Below are positions 47,329-54,545 of a stretch of 64,000 nt of DNA, in pieces. This DNA comes from a virus, in the IMG/VR virus record IMGVR_UViG_3300017818_000007, positions 117,868 through 181,867 of that record; one strand, written 5' to 3'. The translations under genes and the position numbers were made by a program. The first letter of the stretch is position 1. Each line of letters opens with the position of its first letter. A model generated the notes under the pieces. It searched no databases and was not told the DNA's origin. It saw nothing but the letters and a program-made list of their open reading frames with translations.

Positions 47329-47632
47329 GTTCTATTTGCTCAAAATACATTTCTGCATTTTGGCCTTTATCATCAATCCAAAAATCATACACTGGTTTCT
47401 TAAAATTAACACTTGTGTACTTTGCACCCCAATCTTTTAGTTGTTTGATAGTAAGTTCAGAATGATCAACACCAGTTGCCATTCCCCTTGCTGTCCAATA
47501 ATGAATTTCGTGTCCTTCATCAAACAGTTTATTAAAATGTTCTATTCTTTCTTTATAAGGTTTTGATAAACTGTAATGTCTGCCTAGTTCTTGATCGCAA
47601 ATAGTACCGTCAATATCAACGTAATAAATCAT
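47309..47632 (-). CDS. Small HAD-family phosphatase
   Basis: YVDIDGTI (DxDGT), WTARG, KP..DFWIDDK; start at the TAATG-coupled ATG. Confidence 0.8.
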   Translation of the reverse strand: MIYYVDIDGTICDQELGRHYSLSKPYKERIEHFNKLFDEGHEIHYWTARGMATGVDHSELTIKQLKDWGAKYTSVNFKKPVYDFWIDDKGQNAEMYFEQIELDKEWK

Positions 47633-47922
47633 TACCACCAACCCATTGCTCTACCAAAACCAAATACGTGTAAGCAGGCAAAATAACTTGTCATTACAAG
47701 CGGCCAGCCTACTTGTCGTCTTACAAACGCAACAATACTAAACACTGCACCTGTAAAACTTACAGGATAAATCAAATGCATTGGCGGAGCATCTGCTGTG
47801 ACGCTGATCCAAGTCATTGATGTGAATACGCAAATACTTGCGATTGTTTCGTAATAAAATGCTGTCTTATCAGAAGTATAACTTCTAATCCAAAACTGCT
47901 TTACTTTTTCCCATATACTCAT
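47632..47922 (-). CDS. Small ~3-TM membrane protein, paralog A
   Basis: Hydrophobic helices; collinear with 48106-48387 (FW..SY.SD..AFY.E...TADAP.M..YP...RR...WP...TSYFA...VFGFG.A.GWW). Confidence 0.7.
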   Translation of the reverse strand: MSIWEKVKQFWIRSYTSDKTAFYYETIASICVFTSMTWISVTADAPPMHLIYPVSFTGAVFSIVAFVRRQVGWPLVMTSYFACLHVFGFGRAMGWW

Positions 47923-48104
47923 ATTGTTTTATCACTTTTAATACATATTGCTTGTTGATTAGTTGGAAAATATCCATCCTTGCCAACTGCTAATACTAGT
48001 TCATCACGTGCTTCAAAACATTCTGCCATTGTTTTGAACATTCCCATTTGTCCTACATTAACTGTATCTAATTCAATAATGATATATAATAACATCCAAA
48101 CCAT
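47919..48104 (-). CDS. Small hypothetical protein (61 aa)
   Basis: Fills the gap between the membrane paralogs; C...R...C pattern. Confidence 0.5.
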   Translation of the reverse strand: MVWMLLYIIIELDTVNVGQMGMFKTMAECFEARDELVLAVGKDGYFPTNQQAICIKSDKTI

Positions 48105-48105
48105 T

Positions 48106-48387
48106 TTACCACCACCCTGTTGCTACTCCAAATCCAAAAACATTAACAACAGCAAAGTAAGATGTCAGTAAAACTGGCCATGCAATCCTACGTCTATAAT
48201 AAGCATAGATTGCCGTTAGAGAACCTATAAAAAACCCAGGATACACATAACGCATATCCGGAGCGTCTGCCGTAAATGCAAGTGTAAGGCTTGCTCCTAC
48301 GGTAAAAATAAAACTTAAAAGTTCAAAGTAGAATGCTATGCGATCACTATGATAACTTTCGAGCCAAAAATCTTTGACTCGCTTCAT
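48106..48387 (-). CDS. Small ~3-TM membrane protein, paralog B
   Basis: Paralog of 47632-47922. Confidence 0.7.
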   Translation of the reverse strand: MKRVKDFWLESYHSDRIAFYFELLSFIFTVGASLTLAFTADAPDMRYVYPGFFIGSLTAIYAYYRRRIAWPVLLTSYFAVVNVFGFGVATGWW

Positions 48388-48647
48388 TACTTGTCTCTGC
48401 CAGTAATAGTAATGATAGATTCTAGATCGTCAAAGTCGCTGTAGACTTCTTGCCAATTTGCTTTATGTGCAATACCAATTGCTTTGTTAATTAATGCAGG
48501 TTTAACATCAAGTTCTTCTGCTACTGCTTTTACAGTATCTCTTAGACCTTCAGTAAGATCTTGAACTTCTTGTTTAACATTGACTCCGTCGTTAATGACT
48601 TGCATTAGTTTGGCCTTTTCTTCAGGGCCAAATACTTTTGAACTCAT
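48387..48647 (-). CDS. T4 DsbA-like dsDNA-binding protein
   Basis: 86 aa, EEKAKL...EG...QE..DL.EG..D.VK...EEL...P..I.KAI pattern. Confidence 0.5.
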   Translation of the reverse strand: MSSKVFGPEEKAKLMQVINDGVNVKQEVQDLTEGLRDTVKAVAEELDVKPALINKAIGIAHKANWQEVYSDFDDLESIITITGRDK

Positions 48648-48672
48648 AGGTTCCTCCTTTGTTAATTTTAAT

Positions 48673-48701
48673 ATTATATAAGAAATTTATTCACTTGTCA
48701 A
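48673..48701 (-). promoter_or_regulatory. Consensus sigma70 promoter
   Basis: TTGACA-17 nt-TATAAT. Confidence 0.85.
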
Positions 48702-49361
48702 TGAATTATCGTTGTTTGTGGCTTTTTCTTCGTCCGTTTTGTACTGCCATTCATCAGTATGTCCTACACTCCACTTTGGTGTGTTCTCTACTGTGTAATT
48801 TTGTGTACAAACTTTAAAGTCTGGTATTAATCTATCGTTTGTGACCAAACTTTGATCTGTCCAAATAATTCTATTGTTTGGCTGTGCCGCAAATTGTCCG
48901 TTATCTAATTTAATGACATTAAACGTTTTATGTTCTGGGTCGTGTTCTGAAAAATTAACGTTTAATCTATTGTTGTCTGGATGGCAAGTATCTAAGGTAA
49001 ACAAATATTCGCCTTTATGCATCTGTTTGTCTTTTCCAAAAAATTCGCAGTCACATAACATAGGTTTTTTAATTACTGTAATATCATAGTCAAAACAATC
49101 CCATATTTGTAAAGTATCTAATGGTAGTTGATTATCTTTGTCATAATCTTCTTTCCACACAAATGCACTTATAGGTAGTTTGTCATAAAGAGCACCGTAC
49201 TCTGTTAGTAGTGTTTCAAAGTATAATGCTTTACTTTCAATGCTTCTAATACTAATCCATATACCTGGAGTTAGTTCGCCGTGGCCTTTTTGATGATCGT
49301 ATAGGTATTCTTTTTTTACATATACTTCGATAGGCGGTAGGTTATGTACTAAAAAGGCCAT
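48687..49361 (-). CDS. Conserved hypothetical phage protein (224 aa)
   Basis: Intact ORF with GAGG RBS. Confidence 0.6.
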   Translation of the reverse strand: MAFLVHNLPPIEVYVKKEYLYDHQKGHGELTPGIWISIRSIESKALYFETLLTEYGALYDKLPISAFVWKEDYDKDNQLPLDTLQIWDCFDYDITVIKKPMLCDCEFFGKDKQMHKGEYLFTLDTCHPDNNRLNVNFSEHDPEHKTFNVIKLDNGQFAAQPNNRIIWTDQSLVTNDRLIPDFKVCTQNYTVENTPKWSVGHTDEWQYKTDEEKATNNDNSLTSE

Positions 49362-49407
49362 ATAATCCTCTTAGGGTTGTGTTTCTTTTGAATATTTAGT
49401 ATTACTA

Positions 49408-49887
49408 CTAGACGTTTATACCCGGTGTTTGACTTGGGTTGGGCATTAATTTCTGACGGAATCTTTCTAGTGCATCAATGGTGTTTTGTAAATCACGTTC
49501 TTCTGTTGGTTTTTGTGACATACCCTGCATACCTTTAAGCATTGGCAAGAACATATCTATTGCTTTGCCTAACTTATCTACAGGACCTATTTTTTCTAAT
49601 ATGCCTATAAACTTTTCCATTGCTTGGTCTGGTGGTAGTTTACCTTGTTCAAAATCTTTTTGTGTTTGTTTTAACTGATCAACTTGCTGTTGTGTTGCTT
49701 GATCATTTTCAGAAGTAAGTGCGGCTTTTGCACCAGCAATCCATTTTTTTAATCTTGCAAGAATTTGTGAAGTTTGTTGTCCTGTTGTTTGCGTCTTAGT
49801 ATCTTTATTGTGACCAAACTGTTTATCTAATGAACCTTTTACATCACCCCAAGCATAATTTTTTTGATCAAACTCTTTAAATCTCAT
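49408..49887 (-). CDS. Putative capsid-internal protein (159 aa)
   Basis: N-terminus MRFKEF resembles T4 capsid-targeting sequences. Confidence 0.45.
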   Translation of the reverse strand: MRFKEFDQKNYAWGDVKGSLDKQFGHNKDTKTQTTGQQTSQILARLKKWIAGAKAALTSENDQATQQQVDQLKQTQKDFEQGKLPPDQAMEKFIGILEKIGPVDKLGKAIDMFLPMLKGMQGMSQKPTEERDLQNTIDALERFRQKLMPNPSQTPGINV

Positions 49888-50537
49888 TATACATCCTTTT
49901 CAACAAAATCTAAGTACTCTTTAAATAACGAAGATTCTGCTTTCTTTTCTGGCTGTTGATTTTTACGAAATGTAAATGTATCACCTTTTTTATCGTATAT
50001 TACATCTGTGTTAGTTGCCATTTTATAAATTTGTTGGATCTTATCAATAATCTTAGGATTATCCTGTGATTGAATTACAAGGTCATACATCGCGTGTGCT
50101 AGTATTTCTGCTGACGATCCTCTTTTCATTTTTAAATCGCCTTCTTTTTGCATTGATTCAAAAATGCTTTCTAGTTTTCTTTCAATACTATCTAGTCTTG
50201 TTTCAATATCACTAGTATAAGATTGTGTAGGTTGTACAACGGGTTCTGATACCGGTTTTGTATACATTGAATTTGGATTAGGATTAGCAGGTTGTGGTCT
50301 TTGTGTAGATTTGTTTACACCTGCAAGTGCGGCAATATCGTTTGAACTTACGTCACTAACGCCTGGAATATGTTTGCCTCTAAGTTGTTGCTCAATCATA
50401 CGAGCGTGTGCTTGTGGGTTATCTGCTGAAGCAGTTGTTTGTTCTGTTGCTTTACCTGCATCAGGTGCATCAGGAACAAGAGGTTTTGCTTCAATTCCAA
50501 GATCGTTAAATTTGTTTAGTATTTTATTAAAGTCCAT
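49887..50537 (-). CDS. Hypothetical protein in the internal-protein cluster (216 aa)
   Basis: Coupled ORF; ALAGV motif shared with the KLAGI motif of 52736-52957. Confidence 0.5.
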   Translation of the reverse strand: MDFNKILNKFNDLGIEAKPLVPDAPDAGKATEQTTASADNPQAHARMIEQQLRGKHIPGVSDVSSNDIAALAGVNKSTQRPQPANPNPNSMYTKPVSEPVVQPTQSYTSDIETRLDSIERKLESIFESMQKEGDLKMKRGSSAEILAHAMYDLVIQSQDNPKIIDKIQQIYKMATNTDVIYDKKGDTFTFRKNQQPEKKAESSLFKEYLDFVEKDV

Positions 50538-50538
50538 A

Positions 50539-50694
50539 TTAGTTCACCGATTTTGATTTTGTTTTGTTTCCTGCTTGTCTTGCTTTACGTCCTGCACAAT
50601 GCGCCTTTTGAGAAAACCCTTTTGGATTATTGCAGTTGATTGCTTTTTTATATTTCTTACTCCAGGCCTCACTGTAAATTTCATAATATCTCAT
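50539..50694 (-). CDS. Small basic protein (51 aa, not in the ORF track)
   Basis: MRYYEIYSEAWSKKYKKAINCNNPKGFSQKAHCAGRK...; TAATG-coupled; CTS-like start. Confidence 0.7.
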   Translation of the reverse strand: MRYYEIYSEAWSKKYKKAINCNNPKGFSQKAHCAGRKARQAGNKTKSKSVN

Positions 50695-51242
50695 TACTTT
50701 TTCTTTTTTGGAACGCAGTTAGGTACTTCTTTTTTACCTTTCTTTTTCATTCCAATCATTTCATAGCCTTTCCAACATGGATCGTCTTTTGATTCATTTG
50801 GATATTCTTTTTTAAGTTGTGCTACTCTACGTGCTAGTTCTTTTTTTAGATCCGGATCTTTATCTGTATTTGGATCTGCTTGAATGTCTTGTAGTGCTTT
50901 ACGTTTTGCTTCGTATGGCGAAAGTGCTTGATCAATTTCTTGAGGAGTAAGTGCTTCTTTTAATCTTAATCCAAGACTTTCAAAGTAATCATCTTCTTGG
51001 TCTTTCATAGAAACCATATCCTTACGTTCTTTTTCCTGTTGACGTTCACCTTCCATATATGCATGAAGTGTTTTGATCTTTTCATGTACGCCACTTAATT
51101 TGTTTTGAAACCACTCTGGAAACACGCCACCTCTGTGTACGTGATCACGAATTTCATCAGCGGCATACTTAATAAAAGCAATTTGATTATCTAGCATTTC
51201 TGCTTCGTAATTTGATGCTGGTTCGTCGTATTTGTCGCTCAT
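50694..51242 (-). CDS. Modular putative internal protein (182 aa)
   Basis: C-terminal basic module DPCWKGYEMIGMKKKGKKEVPNCVP. Confidence 0.55.
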   Translation of the reverse strand: MSDKYDEPASNYEAEMLDNQIAFIKYAADEIRDHVHRGGVFPEWFQNKLSGVHEKIKTLHAYMEGERQQEKERKDMVSMKDQEDDYFESLGLRLKEALTPQEIDQALSPYEAKRKALQDIQADPNTDKDPDLKKELARRVAQLKKEYPNESKDDPCWKGYEMIGMKKKGKKEVPNCVPKKKK

Positions 51243-51244
51243 TG

Positions 51245-52000
51245 TTATGTCCTTTTTAATGTACCACCAAATATTGAAGTACCTTTCATATCTAGTGCGT
51301 TATCTGTTGGTTTTTGCATTTTTGCTTTAGGTGGGTTAGGTACAGCACCAACTAAAGAGCCGTATTTTTTACGTGTTTTTTTGTCTCCAATAGCAAGATG
51401 TGGACTTGCTACTGTTGCAATATTACCTGCACTTGTAGCACCAGGTGATGCAATTTCGTCTAACTTATTAAGTGCGTTAAAAATTGTGTTTTCATTTTTC
51501 TCTTCATCGTGGAAAGGACTGTACTTTTTATAAATTTTCATATCAGGGTCTAGTATTTTCATCATACTGCCAATTGCTTGTGATTCTTCTTGTCCTTTTT
51601 TCCACACACGATGGTCATCACTGTATTGATATGTCCAATCATGTGATTTTAATTTAGCAATATAATCGTCCATTGCTTCAGGACCTAAATCTTTTACCTG
51701 CTGTTGTCTAATTTTTTCAGCACGATCAATTTCTGCTTGTTTTTCTGCTTCATCGTCTTGATATACTTTACCAAGCACATCTTTCATTTTATCGTTCATA
51801 GAACCAAGTTCTGCTGGATCTGCTTCGTCCATTTTTTTATACTTTTCTTTGCGTGGAATAACTTTAGTCTTATCTTTGTGAGCACCAGCGGCACCACTAC
51901 GGCGTATATCCTGCATTGTTTGTGCGTTAGGATCACGTGGTTTAATAGGCTTATCTTTGCCTTCTAATTTAATAGTGCTATCAACATCTGTTAGTTTCAT
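51245..52000 (-). CDS. Modular putative internal protein
   Basis: Start at ATG 52000 (MKLTDV); modules HDWTYQYSDD and LDEIASPGATSAGNIATV. Confidence 0.55.
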   Translation of the reverse strand: MKLTDVDSTIKLEGKDKPIKPRDPNAQTMQDIRRSGAAGAHKDKTKVIPRKEKYKKMDEADPAELGSMNDKMKDVLGKVYQDDEAEKQAEIDRAEKIRQQQVKDLGPEAMDDYIAKLKSHDWTYQYSDDHRVWKKGQEESQAIGSMMKILDPDMKIYKKYSPFHDEEKNENTIFNALNKLDEIASPGATSAGNIATVASPHLAIGDKKTRKKYGSLVGAVPNPPKAKMQKPTDNALDMKGTSIFGGTLKRT

Positions 52001-52004
52001 ACTG

Positions 52005-52739
52005 TTATTTACCCTTTTTTTGGCGTCCACTCTTCATGTTGGCACACCAGTGATACATTTTGCCTTTTTCGCCACTGTATTTTTTAGCCTTAGCACGTAG
52101 ATCAGTGACTGATCCATTACAACTAGCACCAGACTTTTTTACACGACCTGGACGACTTTTACCCTTTTTTTTACCGTCTGCAAAGTTTTCTTCTATACTT
52201 TCACCTTGCATTACTCTTTTTACAGTTCTTTCAAACTTGTGATCTTTATGTTTAAAACCTTTGCCGCCTGCGGCTTCCCATTTGCGAATGTTAACACCGT
52301 AGTCATCAATTAAGATGTTTGGAGTACCGTCTTTTTGTACTGCGAATTGTGCTTTTTCATGTGTAATGTAAACGTTCTTAGGTGGAAAAAACGCAAGATT
52401 CTTTTTAATCCACTCACGTTTGTGTGGTTCTGAATTAGGATCGCCTGGTAAAGGACTTGAGCAAATGTTATATGATCCTTTAACTTTTTTAATAAGTTCT
52501 AATAAATTTTTAGCATTTGATGTTAAGGGTATGTTAAGCCAAAAGTCATCTGTGTCTCTAATTTTTTGTAGTGCATCGTCGATGTCATGATGTTTGTTAA
52601 TGTTCCACCACTTGTCAACTTTCATTAAGTCTGCCCAAGCACCAAAGAAGTCAGCAAGAACGCCATCCATATCAATATAGATTTCACCAGCAATAATGCC
52701 TGGTTGATCACGTTCTACTAATACTTCAGTAATCTTCAT
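52005..52739 (-). CDS. HAD 5'(3')-nucleotidase (NT5C-like) with CTS-like N-terminus and basic C-terminal module
   Basis: YIDMDGVLADF, K.EW, ILIDD...NI.KWE.AGG. Confidence 0.75.
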   Translation of the reverse strand: MKITEVLVERDQPGIIAGEIYIDMDGVLADFFGAWADLMKVDKWWNINKHHDIDDALQKIRDTDDFWLNIPLTSNAKNLLELIKKVKGSYNICSSPLPGDPNSEPHKREWIKKNLAFFPPKNVYITHEKAQFAVQKDGTPNILIDDYGVNIRKWEAAGGKGFKHKDHKFERTVKRVMQGESIEENFADGKKKGKSRPGRVKKSGASCNGSVTDLRAKAKKYSGEKGKMYHWCANMKSGRQKKGK

Positions 52740-52957
52740 TTTTTCTTACGCCCTCTAAAACCATTATGTCCTGTCATAAAAGGTCTGCTAAACCAAAGTT
52801 TAAACCATTCACTATCTCCAGGTTTAACACCCATTTTCTTTTCTTTGGCTTTTATTTTAGAAGCAGTAATACTAGGATTTTCATCAATTTGATATTCTGA
52901 TAATCCTTTAAATGTGTTTGTAATCCCTGCAAGTTTTTGTAGTTCTTCTTTTGTCAT
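52736..52957 (-). CDS. Small hypothetical protein (73 aa)
   Basis: Coupled ORF; LQKLAGI. Confidence 0.55.
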   Translation of the reverse strand: MTKEELQKLAGITNTFKGLSEYQIDENPSITASKIKAKEKKMGVKPGDSEWFKLWFSRPFMTGHNGFRGRKKK

Positions 52958-53493
52958 TATAGACCTTTTAGCATTCTTGCAATAACTTGATCTAATGCAC
53001 CTTCTAAATCGCCTTTTTCAAACAGTCTTGCCGCTTCAGGAAATTTAGATGCTAGGTGATCATATGTTTGAATAATTGCATCAATGTCTTGTACAGAAAT
53101 ATCCATCTCTACAGCAATACGTTTCTTAGCATCAAAACTTGGACCAGTAGGTTCATTTAAATCTGTAAGTTGCATAATCTTTGGCAAGTAAGCATTTATT
53201 TGTTTTGCAATGTCGCCTTTATTCCATGTCAAATACATACGCAACATTCCTACACTGTATCCTGTACGTTGAATTTCTCGAGCACCCATTCTAGCCCCTG
53301 CTCGTGCATAAGCAACACCGTTTTGAATAACATTATTGTAGATGTCTTGTGAACTAATTTGATCTAATGGTTTGCCTATTAATCCTTCAAGGTATTGTCT
53401 TACTTCTTGCACTCTGCCAGCAACATCTTTAATTGCATTAACAATATGCATGATTTCTTGTTTACCTTCATTTATAAATTGTCTTGCTCTCAT
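52957..53493 (-). CDS. Putative internal protein (178 aa)
   Basis: N-terminus MRARQFINE. Confidence 0.5.
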   Translation of the reverse strand: MRARQFINEGKQEIMHIVNAIKDVAGRVQEVRQYLEGLIGKPLDQISSQDIYNNVIQNGVAYARAGARMGAREIQRTGYSVGMLRMYLTWNKGDIAKQINAYLPKIMQLTDLNEPTGPSFDAKKRIAVEMDISVQDIDAIIQTYDHLASKFPEAARLFEKGDLEGALDQVIARMLKGL

Positions 53494-54191
53494 ATTAATC
53501 TAAACCCCTTCATCATTTTTTTAAGGGTGCCTTTCTTAACATCCTTAGTTGTGTTTTGTTTTGTAAGAATACCAACTCCTGCGGCTTCTTCATTTGTTTC
53601 GTCTTGAATACCCATTGCCTGTCTAACCCTATTGTACATTTGTTTTGCAAGAGTTTCATTACCTGAAACACCTTGTTTAAATCCGTCAAAGTTTCCTTCA
53701 ACTGCAAGTTGTCTTAATTTACTTGCACTCATTCCTTCAACGCCGTCTGCATCAGGATCACGTTCTCCACTGCTAACAACTTTAACAGCATTAAAAGCAA
53801 ACGGTATTTCACCTGACTTATCAGGAGTGTTATTGTATTTGTCAACTAGGTCTTGGTATTGTTGTACACGATCACTACCTGCAACAATAACAACATTGCG
53901 ATATCCGTCGCCTTGTAATAGTTGTAATGCTTGTATGATAGTTTTTACACTAGTATTTCTATTGATAGGAATATTAAACATTTCACTTGCAAAATGAAAC
54001 TTTTCTGCAAATGTTAATGGATTCTTTTTAGCGTCTTGGGTTTTAGTTAAAAATAAAATGGGGTCGCCCATTACTTTTTGTGCTGTTGATTTTACAGTAT
54101 CAACAACTTTTTGATGTCCAATGGTAGGAGGATTCATTCTACCCCAAGCAATAACGGCTGTCCTGTTGTTGACAACTTCGTCAATTCTCAT
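53490..54191 (-). CDS. HIGH-motif (cytidylyltransferase-like) nucleotidyltransferase
   Basis: WGRMNPPTIGH, KNPL...K, VAGSDR, SASKLR. Confidence 0.8.
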   Translation of the reverse strand: MRIDEVVNNRTAVIAWGRMNPPTIGHQKVVDTVKSTAQKVMGDPILFLTKTQDAKKNPLTFAEKFHFASEMFNIPINRNTSVKTIIQALQLLQGDGYRNVVIVAGSDRVQQYQDLVDKYNNTPDKSGEIPFAFNAVKVVSSGERDPDADGVEGMSASKLRQLAVEGNFDGFKQGVSGNETLAKQMYNRVRQAMGIQDETNEEAAGVGILTKQNTTKDVKKGTLKKMMKGFRLI

Positions 54192-54539
54192 TTATTCCTC
54201 CTTGGGATCGTATTCGCCGTTGTTGATTAATTCTATTTGTGATTCCGCAAATTGTCTACAAATTTTTTCTTTTAGATCTTTGGTATAAATTTCTTCTATA
54301 TTACCAGGTAGTTTGTATTCTTCCTGATACATTTTGCAACCTTCTTCAACCATTTCCATAAACGACGAATAACATTCGTTGGCGTCTGTAGCAGGACCTT
54401 TTTTAATTCCGTCTACTACTTTTAAAAAATAATTTTTGTGTAAGTCGTCGTTGTGTTCGATATAAAACTTAATATCGTCTACTAGTACATCTGGCGTATC
54501 TTGTGATACATTATTGTCAAACAGTTCCTTTAATAGCAT
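54192..54539 (-). CDS. Putative internal protein (115 aa)
   Basis: N-terminus MLLKELF. Confidence 0.5.
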   Translation of the reverse strand: MLLKELFDNNVSQDTPDVLVDDIKFYIEHNDDLHKNYFLKVVDGIKKGPATDANECYSSFMEMVEEGCKMYQEEYKLPGNIEEIYTKDLKEKICRQFAESQIELINNGEYDPKEE

Positions 54540-54545
54540 TGTTCA

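Noticed and set aside
53490-54191. Calling the nucleotidyltransferase part of a known NAD-reconstitution (NARP) anti-defence pathway
   Set aside because: No Nampt/Namat or ADPR-PP synthetase partner is recognisable in the window, and the substrate is unknown
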